DNA of 61,270 bases, filler included, from Jimgerdemannia flammicorona (taxonomy: Eukaryota), in NCBI GenBank assembly GCA_003990765.1. It is 3 parts of 3 records of this genome, joined end to end, with 100 filler letters (N's around TTAATTAATTAA, not from the genome) between each part and the next. Parts side by side here need not be neighbours in the genome. Positions count along the whole stretch, not along the records: positions 20,461 to 40,818 come from RBNJ01001700.1; 2 more parts are not named here. The stretch is one strand, 5' to 3'. Numbering within the stretch: position 1 is the stretch's first letter; the number at the start of each line of letters is the position of its first letter. Below the pieces are notes generated by a model. It saw only the letters and a list, made by a program, of their open reading frames with translations, was not told where the DNA came from and searched no databases. Shown in pieces: positions 24,986 to 36,300 of this stretch. A program made the position numbers and the translations under genes.

Positions 24986-25461
24986 TGTAATGTAGCGGAT
25001 GCTTACTCTTGAAAGTACGTCGGATTTCTGTATCTTGAAAACTTAACTGTTCTGACTCTCGCAGAGTCTCTTGAAGTGGCAGGGGAGAGTGGGTGAGTTC
25101 GAAGTATATCTGCCCACAGGCTTACTAGTTCCTTTGCTATCTCTTTGCTTTGAACTATTTTGATCTGAGGTTTATTCACTCGAAGATACTGGGTTATTTA
25201 TACAAGTTTGCTAGCTATGAGAGGGTGGCTAAGTAATAAATGAGTCATTTGGACTTTGTCGAAACATTTGGACAATGTCTAAATGCTATACTAAATCGGG
25301 GTATCTGATTTGGATAATGTCTAAAATTTAGACAATGTCTAAGAATTTAGACAATGTTGAAATCGAGGACTGCTAACTATAAGGCTATACTACTTTGGAA
25401 ATGGGTGCGATCAAGTGTCTATTCCCTATTTCCTTCTTCCCAATTTGGCTATACCATCACA
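24986..25461 (-). repeat. 5' LTR (476 bp), short-LTR type
   Basis: Reverse complement begins tgtgatggtatagcc and ends ctacattaca, like 60046-60500. PBS TGGTGCCCATTG adjacent. Confidence 0.92.
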
Positions 25462-25719
25462 ATAGTTAAATCACTTGGCTATACTATTCTACTAAGTTAT
25501 ATAATATAACAGTTAAATCAAATTAGTAACATAAATCAGAAGAATAAACATTTAATAATAGTATCTGAATCTGATTTTCTGATTTATTATAGTATAGAAA
25601 TTACCTTTACTGTAGATATTATATCTAAAATATTATCAGTGAAACTATTGTTACTTTCATAAATGTTGAGATTTAATAATTATTGAGATTTCATGGATAT
25701 TAAGAATCCATACTTGTGA

Positions 25720-25956
25720 AAAGTAACTTATAGAAAATATGGTCATAACTTAGCCTCATATTTAGTAGCAGAATTAGTATATAAATCTATATAAATGTCT
25801 CTAGTATCTAGAGTAAATAATCTTCAGGTAAAAAGAGTTTGAGCCTCACTCTAATAGTCTGATGATATCAGATAGATACCACTTGTGACTCTGAGAAGTC
25901 AAGAAGAGTTATGGAAATCTACTGCATTTTTCTGGTTATACACCTACTATATTATA
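25720..25956 (+). repeat. Decayed LTR fragment related to the short LTR
   Basis: tataaat..tagtatctagagtaaataa..cag, gactctgagaagtcaagaaga and terminal ctatattata match the TATA/R/U5 of 60046-60500. Left boundary uncertain. Confidence 0.55.
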
Positions 25957-25959
25957 ATA

Positions 25960-27373
25960 CAGTAAGGGACAAAAATGGACCAATGTTATATAATTATTAC
26001 TTTATAAATTTATTATAATTTAAATATAAATATTATTAAATTGATACTAATAATAAAATAATTATATACCTTTTAGAAAATATAAAATTTATCTATATTT
26101 GGTTAATTAATTACATAGTTATTACTATTTAAAGTTAAATTAATCATTGGCCCATTTTTGTCCCTCACTGTTATGTTAACATTCTTTATATCATAATTTA
26201 TTTTATAATAAAGCTAAATATTTAAAAAATTTTCCATATATTTATTTTGATATTCTCTACCTCTCTATACCATTTTAATTTTTTTTAAATGATGAAAAAG
26301 TTGTCTACTGATATCTGAAACCATATCATCAGTGAGTTAAAGTCTGGCAAAAAAAACCAACAAATTACATAACAAATAGGGGTTGGTATGGCAACCATGA
26401 AACATATACGAATGGCAGAGTGTGTTGACGTCAAAAAGCGTATGAAACGAGGCCGCCCGCATAAGCTTTCCATTCGCAATGAGGTATGGGTCATTTGTCA
26501 ATGAGGCATGAGTCATTCATTAGGTGATGACGGGCAAGGCAGATAATGGCGAAACAACTTAAAGACGATGGCAAAGACGACGGTGAAACATGTGTTAGCA
26601 TTTAGCCCTATGACAATAGCGTTTGTGTGAAAAAAAACCAGGAAAAATGCTTGAGCCACCTCACATGAGCAGTTCAGTGATTGTTTGGTGGTGTATGATG
26701 TACCACGGTATCCGATAGGTGATCCTCATAGGACTAATGCTAAGCCATCATCTTTGCTGTCATCTTTAAGTTGTTTTGCCATATCTGTCTTACCCGTTGT
26801 CATCTGACGAATAACTCATGCCTCATTAATGAATGACCCATACCTCATTGCGAATGGAAAGCTTATGCAGGCAGCCTCGTTTCATATGCTTTTTGACGTC
26901 AACACACTCCGCCATTCGTATACATTTCATGGTTGCCATACCAACCCCTATTTGTTATGCAATCTGTTGGTTTTTCTTGCCAGACTTCAACTTACTGATG
27001 ATATGGTTTCAGATATCAGTAGACAACTTTTTCATCATTTAAAAGAAGTTAAAATGGTATAGAGAGGTAGAGGATATCAAAATAAATATATGGAAAAAAT
27101 TTTAAATATTTAGCTTTATTATAAAATGAATTATGGCATAAATAACATTAAGACAACAGTGAGAGACAAAAATGGGCCAATGATTAATTTAACTTTAAAT
27201 AGTAATAACTATGTATTTAATTAACCAAATATAGATAAATTTTAAATTTTCTAAAAGATATATAATTACTTTATTATTGGCTAAAATATCAATTTAATAA
27301 TATTTATATTTAAATTATAATAAATTTATAAAGTAATAATTATATAACATTGGCCCATTTTTGTCCCTCACTG
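25960..27373. mobile_element. Non-autonomous fold-back DNA transposon with Tc1/mariner-type ends, 1414 bp
   Basis: Ends CAGT(A/G)AGGGACAAAAATGG..CCATTTTTGTCCCTCACTG flanked by TA. ~650-bp inverted arms around a ~113-bp spacer. No transposase. Confidence 0.88.
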
Positions 27374-27617
27374 TATATAAAGCTATTATTTAATAATATA
27401 TACTATATTTTCTCAAGTACTACTTAAATACACTATTAATATATTCTTATCTATTATCTGAGTATATAGTATATATTTTATATTCTATTTTATTTTCTAT
27501 AATTATTTTAAATTCTTTAAATTTATCTAAGACTTTACTTTCTATTAATAAGATATATATATATATATACTTTTTATATATAATTATCAATAAATATAAT
27601 GAAATATTTCTTCTTAC

Positions 27618-27860
27618 TAGTACTCTGATTAAGTTAGAGAAATTTGAACCAAATTTGAATTTACCAACTATGTAACTAATTTAAGTCAGTTTGAATTTAT
27701 CATATAATAAATTTAAATTAATTTAAATATATATTACAATAAATTTTAATTTGTCATATGATGAATTTAAGTTGATTTGAATCTATTCTAGAATTAGTTC
27801 AAATCAGCTTTAATTTTATTTATGAGAAATTTGGATTTGCTCAAATTTATCCTCAGGCTA
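27618..27860 (+). mobile_element. Possible decayed hAT-type element end
   Basis: tagtactc (compare TAGTGCTC at 44773 and 53812) followed by many ttgaattt-like subterminal repeats. Partner end not found. Confidence 0.3.
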
Positions 27861-29779
27861 ACCAGTATAGATTAGCTGGTAAGCCCTCTAAAAAAGGCAA
27901 TTTTTTATTAAAAAAAAAAACTGATAAAATATTTTACTCTCTCTAAACTTTTATAAAATAAATAAAACTTCTATCAAATGTCTAAAACTAAATATAATAT
28001 AAAACCAACTATTAAATATATAAAATATCTATAGATTTTTCTACTCTTCTAAGTTTCCAAAAAATTTATTATAATATCATATAGCTTTCAAGGTTCTATA
28101 ATAAATACTTAATAATAAAATATTTAAAACTTTCTAATTTTCTATAACTATTGAGCTATATAGTTAATTTGAATGAAATACTATCTCATATTAGACTCTA
28201 AGAGTAATACTAATAATATAAGCCAAATTATAGAATAGCTCTCCAGATTTAAGAGTATACTGTCTTTTATATTTGATAATATAGAGTAAAACAAGTATTA
28301 CATATATCTTGATTAGTATAAATAAGAGAGCTTATATATTATCAAAAAAATATATTACTAACTATTGCTATATTTTACTCAAACTGAAATACTCTAAGTT
28401 AAAAATATACTCTAGATTGATCCAGATTTACCTAACTTCTATCTATTTTAGATAATTTCAAAGATAAAGAGGATACTGATATCAAAGTTGAGAACTTCAG
28501 CACTAAAGTTGAGGATGCTGATGATGTTGAGATACTCTTAGAAATTTCCTCAAGAGATAGATAATAGGAGCATTGAATTGACTGAAATAGAGGAATTTGT
28601 CACCATATTTGACAGAAAGTATTAAAGAGAAGTAAAGCTGTCTCTATAATAGCTATTTCATATTCCTCCTATTTATTCTGTCTATTTTTAGTTAAAAATT
28701 GTTGAGAGATATAATACAGTAATATATTCTATTAGTATAGATCAAAGTATAGCCAGCTAATATATAAGACCTAGTTTCAGATTGAGCTTTATCATATAAT
28801 TTAGCTCTTTGAACTTCAAATATATCCTCATAAATATTTACTAAATCTGGCTTACTTGATCTTCTAAAATCTTCCTTCAAACTACTAAAACAACTTCCCC
28901 TATATTAGTATCTAAGATAAGATAATTGCAATACAAATTTAGAATATCAGCTGGTGAAATAGAAAACTCTAAAATTTAATAATTTAAAATCAATTTTGAT
29001 GTCTTTTTTTAAAGAATTGATAGGATGCTGATATTCTACTTTTTCTTGATCTTATATATAAAGTATTGTTGTCTGGTCTTCTGGAAGATCAAGCCTTAGA
29101 ATTCTCAGTATTTTAAAATTTAAGAGACTTAAAATACAAAATTGAGTCAAGATAAATTTAGTTTTAAGATTCTGCTAATTTTCTTAGTATTATTATTATT
29201 GATCTAAAAAATTAGCTCATTATACTTTATCTAGATCCTTTTTCACTTTTTAAAATATAAAATAAAAGCAAAATAACCTCATCAATAACTGAGATTTAGT
29301 GGGTATAATCTCTCACCTCCTTATAGAAAAAAAATAAGAAATCTATCTGAATAGTGAGAAGATACTGAAAAATTAAATTATATATTTTCTGATCCATCAG
29401 AGAGAGGTTTTCAGAAAAATAAAAACATTATAGCTCAAATAATCTCTTATAGTAAAGGCTCCTGAATATCTCTTGAAATATGTTAATTTTTTGTTTTATA
29501 TCGATCACATAAGTCAGTAAGCTCAAAAATCTTTCCAAAATATCTTATTTCAGAGGTTTTTCAAAACCCAACCTCAGGATAACTCTACTTAATAGAAGAG
29601 TAGAAGGTGCTAACAGAGTAGTCTCTAGCTCCCACTTTGAAGCAGTTAGCAATTTACTCAGATTGAAGTCAGTAGAGATGAAATTGTCTTTTATTCTACA
29701 AAAATGTATGAGAGAAAACTAGAAGTAGCAGAGGGGAGAAAATGCTAATAAAGGAAAAAAAATGGGAGAAAATATCACC

Positions 29780-30320
29780 CAGAAGAGATATTGAAAACTA
29801 GCCATAAGAGGTTCTCCTTAAAAGAAAGAGAATATTATTAATATAGATCAGAAGTTATTCTCTCAACTGGTCTCTAGTTGCTACTACAATGAGATGCCTG
29901 AGACTAGCCAAGAAGGATCCTCTTCTGAAGAGCAAGGATAGTATCAGCCAATTACTACTATAAGGAGATATCAAAGACTAGTCAAGAGAGGTCCTCTCCT
30001 GAAGAGAGAGTACATTACTGATATAAATCAGAAGACACTCTCCTGATTGACCTCCTTGAGATACTAAAGGCTAGCTGTGAGAAGTCCTCCTCTAAAGAGA
30101 GAGTATATTACTGGTACAAATTAAAGAATACTCCTCTGATTGATCTCATTGAGATGCCTGAGACTAACTATAAGAAGTTCTCCTCTAAAGAGAGAGTACA
30201 TTACTGGTGCAAATCTGAAGACACCCTCCTGATTAGCCTCTTGGATAAAATATTAAAGACTGGCTACAAGAGGTCTTCCTCAGAAAAGAGAGAGTATATT
30301 TTTGATCCAGATCAGAAGAT
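29780..30320 (+). repeat. Degenerate ~93-bp tandem repeat (~6 units)
   Basis: gagat(g/a)c..aga/ggcta..gaggtcctct..gagaga.tacattactg recurs at about 29786, 29891, 29965, 30058, 30151, 30247. Confidence 0.7.
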
Positions 30321-30479
30321 ATCCTCCCAAACAGTCTCCAAGTTACCTATATAGGTAAGTATTATAAGTATCACAAATATTATAAATATTGCAAACATCA
30401 TTATAGCAAGAAGTTAATATAGATAATAAATATAATATACTAAAAATAAGTAGGAAGATATAAAATTATTCAAAGAGAG

Positions 30480-31642
30480 TAACTTTTTTAAGTAGTGAGA
30501 TATATCAGAGAATATATATAATATACTTTAAGTAAGAAGTATAAATAGTCTTTTCAAGTAGTAAGGTATATCAGAGTGATCAGAATGATGAGATGGTATA
30601 TCAAAATAGATATCAGAATAGGTACTAGAGTGAATAGTGAGTCAGAGAGTAAAGGTGTATCAGAATGAGTATGACATAAGTCAGAGCAATAAAAACAAAG
30701 CTATTAGAATAGAGTATGTACCCCCTCTCCTCTTAAAAAAAAAAAAAAAAAGATATATAGAATATATGTAATATATGCTAAGTAAAGAGTATAGATAGTC
30801 TTTTCAAGTAGTGAGATATGTCAGAGTAATCAGAATGGTGAGATAGTATACTGAAATAGGTATCAGATTAAGCACTAGAGTAGATAGTAAGACAGAGAGT
30901 AAAGGTATATCAGAATGAGAGCAATACAAGTTAAAGTGATAAAAATAAGACTATCAGAATAGAGCACACACTCTCTCTCCTCAAAAAAAAAAAAAAAAAA
31001 AACATGAGGAATATATATAATATATCTTAAGTAAGGAGTATAGATAGTCTTATTAAGTGGCAAAGTATGTTGGAGTGATCAGAATGGTGAGATAGGGTAC
31101 CAAAATAGGTACCAGAATAGGTACTAGAGTAGATAGTAAGAGAGAGAGTAAATATGTATCAGAATGAGAGTAATATAAGTCAGAGTGACAAAAACAAGAT
31201 CATTATAATTAGTTATATACTCTTTCCTCTTCTCAAAAAAAAAACAAAAAACAAAACAAAAAAAATAATATAGAGAATATATAATATATCTTAAGTAAGG
31301 AGTATAGAGAGCCTTTTTAAGTAAAAGATATATATATAGAAGATGAACTGTAAGAATCAGAGCCTTTTTTCAAGCTATAAAAATCAGAAATATAAGAAAT
31401 AAAGAGTGAGAAAATGAAGTAGAGAGAGTAAAGGCCTCTCCAAAAAAAAAAAAAAAAAAAAAAAAAAAGTACAGAAAATGTATATAATATATATATCTTA
31501 AGTAAGAAGTATGGACAGCTTTTTGAAGTAGTGAGATATAGAAGATGAGCTACAATAATCAGAGTCTTTTTTTGAGCTGAATTAGAGTCTTAAAAACCAA
31601 AGCTGTAAAAAATAAAGAATGAGAGAATAAGTAAAGGCCTCT

Positions 31643-31645
<3 letters not shown>
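30480..31645 (+). repeat. Tandem ~250-bp units each ending in ctctcctc-poly(A)
   Basis: gaatatata..ttaagtaagXagtataXatagtcttttcaagtagt recurs at about 30510, 30760, 31009, 31275, 31475, with A-runs at about 30735, 30983, 31234, 31442. Confidence 0.75.

Positions 31646-31677
<32 letters not shown>
31646..31677. repeat. (AT)n microsatellite directly upstream of an LTR
   Basis: About 16 AT units. Confidence 0.9.
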
Positions 31678-31680
<3 letters not shown>

Positions 31681-31919
31681 AATGGTGACCCCAGAATGAT
31701 GACATCAGCACAGAAGACAGTCTTTCCTTGCAAGCCATCAGATCAGAGCACAAGAAGATCATATGGCATATAAGATGAGCAATGATGACCAACTGTGAGT
31801 CATTGTGACCATAGTATAAGTATCTTGAGAAATATAAAAGAAGGATCAGGAAATTGTAGTAGCAGCAACCAACAAGACCCACCAATCCCAAAATAGCTCA
31901 AAGACTTACCACAAACAAA

Positions 31920-32777
31920 ATATCTGCTGCCTGCCAAACCTCAAGGTCAAGGAACCACCAAGGCACCTCAGTTGAAGAAAGGATGTTCCAAGACATCAAA
32001 AGAGCCATGAGGACATGCTCAAGAAGGATACCTAGTGTCAACCTAGGTACTAGTGACCCTTATCACTATATTCTCTACTGCTGTGAAATGGAAACAAGGA
32101 TCACCATTACTACTGAATGCCTCCAAATGTGGTAGGAGTATGAAATAGGAAACCTCCTCTGCCAGGAGTTCCTACAGGCCAGTCCTCAAGAGCTACAAGA
32201 TGCCACTCTCATAGATATATGCGAGGCAAGGACAGCTAAGAAGATCCATCAGATCTTCAGGCATGCACCATGGTTGATCCCCAACTTGGAGTATATTAGA
32301 GTCTCAGATTTCAGAGATCTGTCATCTTACCATATCAATGTACTAGAAGTCAGGGTGGCTACAGAAGCCCAGTCCACCATCACCCTCAATAGTGATGAAG
32401 TAGAAGACTTCTGGCATCCCATCCTTCAGGACAACCCAGACCAATTCCTGCAAGGGTTGATCTCAGTATTCCAAGACCCAAGCATCCAGATTAGACCTCC
32501 CCAAGACCCCACATTTATCCCCTATTTTGTGGAAGAGAACCTCATAGACCGGAGAGCTCCAGATCTCCTTGTTCCTGATTTCCCCACTGCCAAACATGAT
32601 GATGTCATTAGTGATGATGTCATCCCATGTGACATACACGAGATGCATAACAAAGCACATGAAGTATGCAAAATGCATGACCTATACAATGAATTCATAG
32701 ACCTCATCTCCTTCGAAGATATCCTGACCTCTGATAATGAGGATGAAGCCTCTATGATCCTGAACATTCTGCTCTAA
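31920..32777 (+). pseudogene. Accessory ORF (copy B, 286 codons) inside the LTR U3 region
   Basis: One frame with a single internal TAG and an ATA start (ATG in the sister LTR at 60944). Aligns along its length with 5389-6216. Confidence 0.85.
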
Positions 32778-32783
32778 GTCTCT

Positions 32784-32895
32784 TGTTATACTGAATAATG
32801 CCTGCACCAGTATTTGATGTAACACTGAATAATACCAGCACCAGTATTTGATGTAACACTGAATAATGCCAGCACCAGTATTTTGATGTGACACC
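32784..32895 (+). repeat. 34-bp tandem repeat (3 units plus a partial) in the LTR
   Basis: tgtaacactgaataat(g/a)ccagcaccagtatttga at 32784, 32818, 32852; partial at 32887. Confidence 0.9.
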
Positions 32896-33339
32896 AAATT
32901 ATACTAGTATCTTGAACCTGTACAACCATCAGTGCTGACCCTAGAACTTAGCAGTTTTTCCTGTTCTGGCATTTTATTTTAGTTATTGGAATTTATATTT
33001 AGCTTTCTACCTTAGCAAACATTGAATTATATTTTATATAAATACCCCTCTTATTTCCTCTGAAATAAAGTCAGTCAAGTTTCAGTCAAGTTCACTTACT
33101 CTCAATTCCATGCAAGCCATCTAAGAGATAACAAGACAGTTAAAGATAAGAAGTTTGAGGACTATAAGACTTTGGGAAGGCACTTCAATAAGAACTTGCT
33201 TATAACAAACTTGAGTTAGTCTAAGAGATATACCTTGAAGAGTATCTGGTATATTTGAAGGACTCAGTGACCACTACTTGACAACTTGGTGCCCATTGGC
33301 TGGTGATTCAAGATGAATCCCTCACTTTCAAGCTAGAAA

Positions 33340-36300
33340 ATGAACAACCCCCACAACAACTACCCTGACTATAAGATTCACCCCTGCAAGAATTCAAGAT
33401 AAGATAGAAATGCATCCCTCCACATTCTATAGATATACTACTGAAGAGTCAATCCTGACCTTTATTGAAGACTTTGAACAATTTGCTGCTGTATGATCTC
33501 TTAGTGTGGATGCACAATTGGCCCTTCTACTAGTCAGCCTCAGTGGACCTGCCAGAGACAAGTTCAATGCAGCCACTATTGCTGATAATGGTGCAGCCAA
33601 ACTTGCCAATATGAAGGCCTTCCTCAGAATAACATATTATACTGAAGAGATCAAGCAAGCTCTCAAGGATCAACTCAATACTATCTGCCAGAGACTTAGT
33701 GAAGATCCCAACTCATTTTATATCTGAATCTACTACCAGATTGTTCTGGCTGGCTATAATGATGCCCTCAAGAAACAAATAGCAGATTCAACCTTCCTTA
33801 AAAGAGTTCACCCTGAAATTGCCCTAGCAATCCAGTCTACCCCAGCTGTACTGACCCTTGATCAGGAAGTAGTCTTTGCACAGAGATATTGGACTGCCAG
33901 ACACCCTGCCAAACACTCAATGAAGAAAATAACTGGCATCAAGATAGAGCCATCAAAGCCAACTAGTATTATATCCACTACAGTTGTAAACAGACAACCA
34001 ACCCCACCTACCCCCAAGACAACCAAAGCTGACCCAGTGAAAGAACTTGCCAAGCAGTTTGCCAAGATGACTGCATATCTTAGAGATGTTGTTAGAGAAG
34101 TCTGAAGCACCAACAAGAGACAAGTATAGATATTTGCAGCTGCTACAGAAGAATGCAATATCACATACTTCAGATATGGAGAAGAAGGCCACTATGTAAA
34201 GAATTGTATGACTGAAACAAGACACAAAGCCCAACTAAGCAATGCTAGCAAAACCAGAGAACAAACCAATACAGTAGTCATCGAGGAGATTGGTGATACT
34301 GATGATGAAGAATACTATGAGGAGCTTGAATTCTACCCTGCTACTGAAGGTACCAGAACCCAGTCCAAGCCCTATAACAAGAAGAGCAACAGTAAGCCAG
34401 TTGGAAGACCAAAGAAGACTCCAGCTGTCACTATTCAAAGCAAGACTCAACCTAAGGAGATTGATCAAGATATGGAGTTAGATGAAGCTGCCCACCAAAT
34501 CATTGAAGGCACTACTCCAGTCTTAGGAGAAAGTGAAAGCAAGAAGGAACAGAAGCTGTGCAAGACCAAGATCTACCAGTGTGATATCTACAAGGATCTC
34601 AAGGAACAGAAGGTCAATGCTACCTTTGGACAGCTAGCTGAAGTCCCTGCCTTCAGACAGCAGTTGAGAGTAGGACTTACAACTACTGCCAAGAATCAAG
34701 AGTACAAGATTGTAGAAGCTCACAATATACAGAAAGAATCTGAGAACTCAGGTGAAGAATCCAAAGACCAGTGTAAGACATTAGTCTATACCCTATGTCA
34801 GATTGAAGACTGTATCTTTGATGCCATCATTGATACTGGTACTAGAGGATGCCTCATGAGCAAGAAGGCAATTGACCACCTAGGCTGGGACATTTAAGAG
34901 TCCACCAAGATGGTTTATGTTACAGCAGATAGTATATGAGCTACCCCCCTTGGCAAAATCTGAGAAGTCTCCATCAAGATAGAAGGAGCTACCATCTCAG
35001 TAGATGTGATTGTTACAAATGCCACCAACTATGACATTCTCATTAGCAACCAATGGCTTCACAAGGCCAAGACCATCATTGACCTCAATGCCCCAAAGAT
35101 GCAGATCAACTTTAGAGAAAGAAAGGTATGAGTCTCTATCAATGTCCACAAGGGAGTCCTACTAGACATGGAGGAAGAAGATGAAGAAGACACAGAGGTC
35201 TTCATGCACTTGGTGACCAAGAACAAGAACAAGAACAAGACACCTAAGCTCACAGATGAGCAGTGGTACAACAAGATCATCAATGGGTATGCCTCTCAAG
35301 AAAGATGCCCCCATGGTACTAGGATGTACTGCTCTGAATACCTGAATGACTGTTGGTCCTACATCAGTAAAGTCAGGAAAATCTGCCAACAGAAATACAT
35401 ATAAGCAAGAAGCCACCAAAGCAAAAAAGAAAGCCGAAGAAGATGACCAGCCCCCAGAGCTTCAAGCTGACAGTGATGATGAGGAGGAATAAGAATCAAA
35501 CATTATCCTCAAAGTCATGAAATTTCACCCTGAAGCCAAGATCCCAGAATACAAGACTGAAAGAGCCATAGGAATGGACCTTGCCAGCATTCAAGATACT
35601 ACCCTTGAACCACAGGCCACTACCCTACTTGGCACTGAAATTGGAGTCAAGCTGCCAGAAAACCATGCCAGAATTATCAAGATCAGGAGCAGTCTGGCCA
35701 AAAGCGAAACCTCAGTTGAAGGAGGAGTAATTGACCCTGATTACACCGGCAAGATCTTCCTCATAGTCAGGAATCACAACACCACCACCCCATTCGAAGT
35801 CAAGAAGCATGACAGGATTGGCCAGATGCTGATCCATGAAATCAAGAAGCCCAAGATCATAGAAGCCATCAAACTCATCAAGACTAAGAGAGGAGAACAA
35901 GGCTTTGGATCTACTGGAAGAGGAGCCTATGCTGCCACCAAGTTACCAAACTTGAGCACAAGAAAGACAAGGACCAGAACAAGCACACATATACTATTGG
36001 AGAAAACTTTTCCCTGGAAGAACAACTTCTCAAGATCCTGCATCAGAATGAAGGAGTACTTGCTACAGACTTCAGGGATATCCACAATCAAGAACCCAAG
36101 TACTACTACAAAGTTGACACTGGTGATACCAAGCCTATCTACCAGAAAGCCAGACCCATACCACCTACCTACAGAGAATGACTGCAAGCAGAACTCAAGG
36201 AAATAGAAGAAGTCAGAATCATCAAACAAGCTATCAGCCCCTGGGCTTCACCCATTGTCCTTGCCACAAAGAAAGGAAGCAAGACTGGAGAGTTTGCACC

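Larger units (their letters stand above)
20461..25461 (-). mobile_element. Ty3/Gypsy element with dUTPase (copy 1, least decayed; 3' part lost in the gap)
   Basis: LTR 24986-25461 (TG..CA), PBS 24971-24982, gag CCHC knuckle (CYSCREEGHYSYEC), protease (IIDTGA), dUTPase, RT (YVDD), RNase H (TDH), integrase HHCC. Confidence 0.95.
31678..33283 (+). repeat. 1606-bp 5' LTR containing an ORF
   Basis: The first 83 bp recur at 38992-39074 right after the PPT; ends ttgaca just before the PBS. TATA-like boxes at 31833 and 33037. Confidence 0.88.

Noticed and set aside
26285..27042. Twin 69-aa ORFs (MTHTSLRMESL..) on opposite strands
   Set aside because: They are mirror images produced by the fold-back arms and show no transposase or other motif.
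28000..29700. Possible host gene or transposase relic
   Set aside because: Too decayed. I could not recognise any motif in the translations.
32784..32895. 34-bp repeats of CRISPR-like length
   Set aside because: The units are directly tandem with no spacers and sit inside a eukaryotic LTR.
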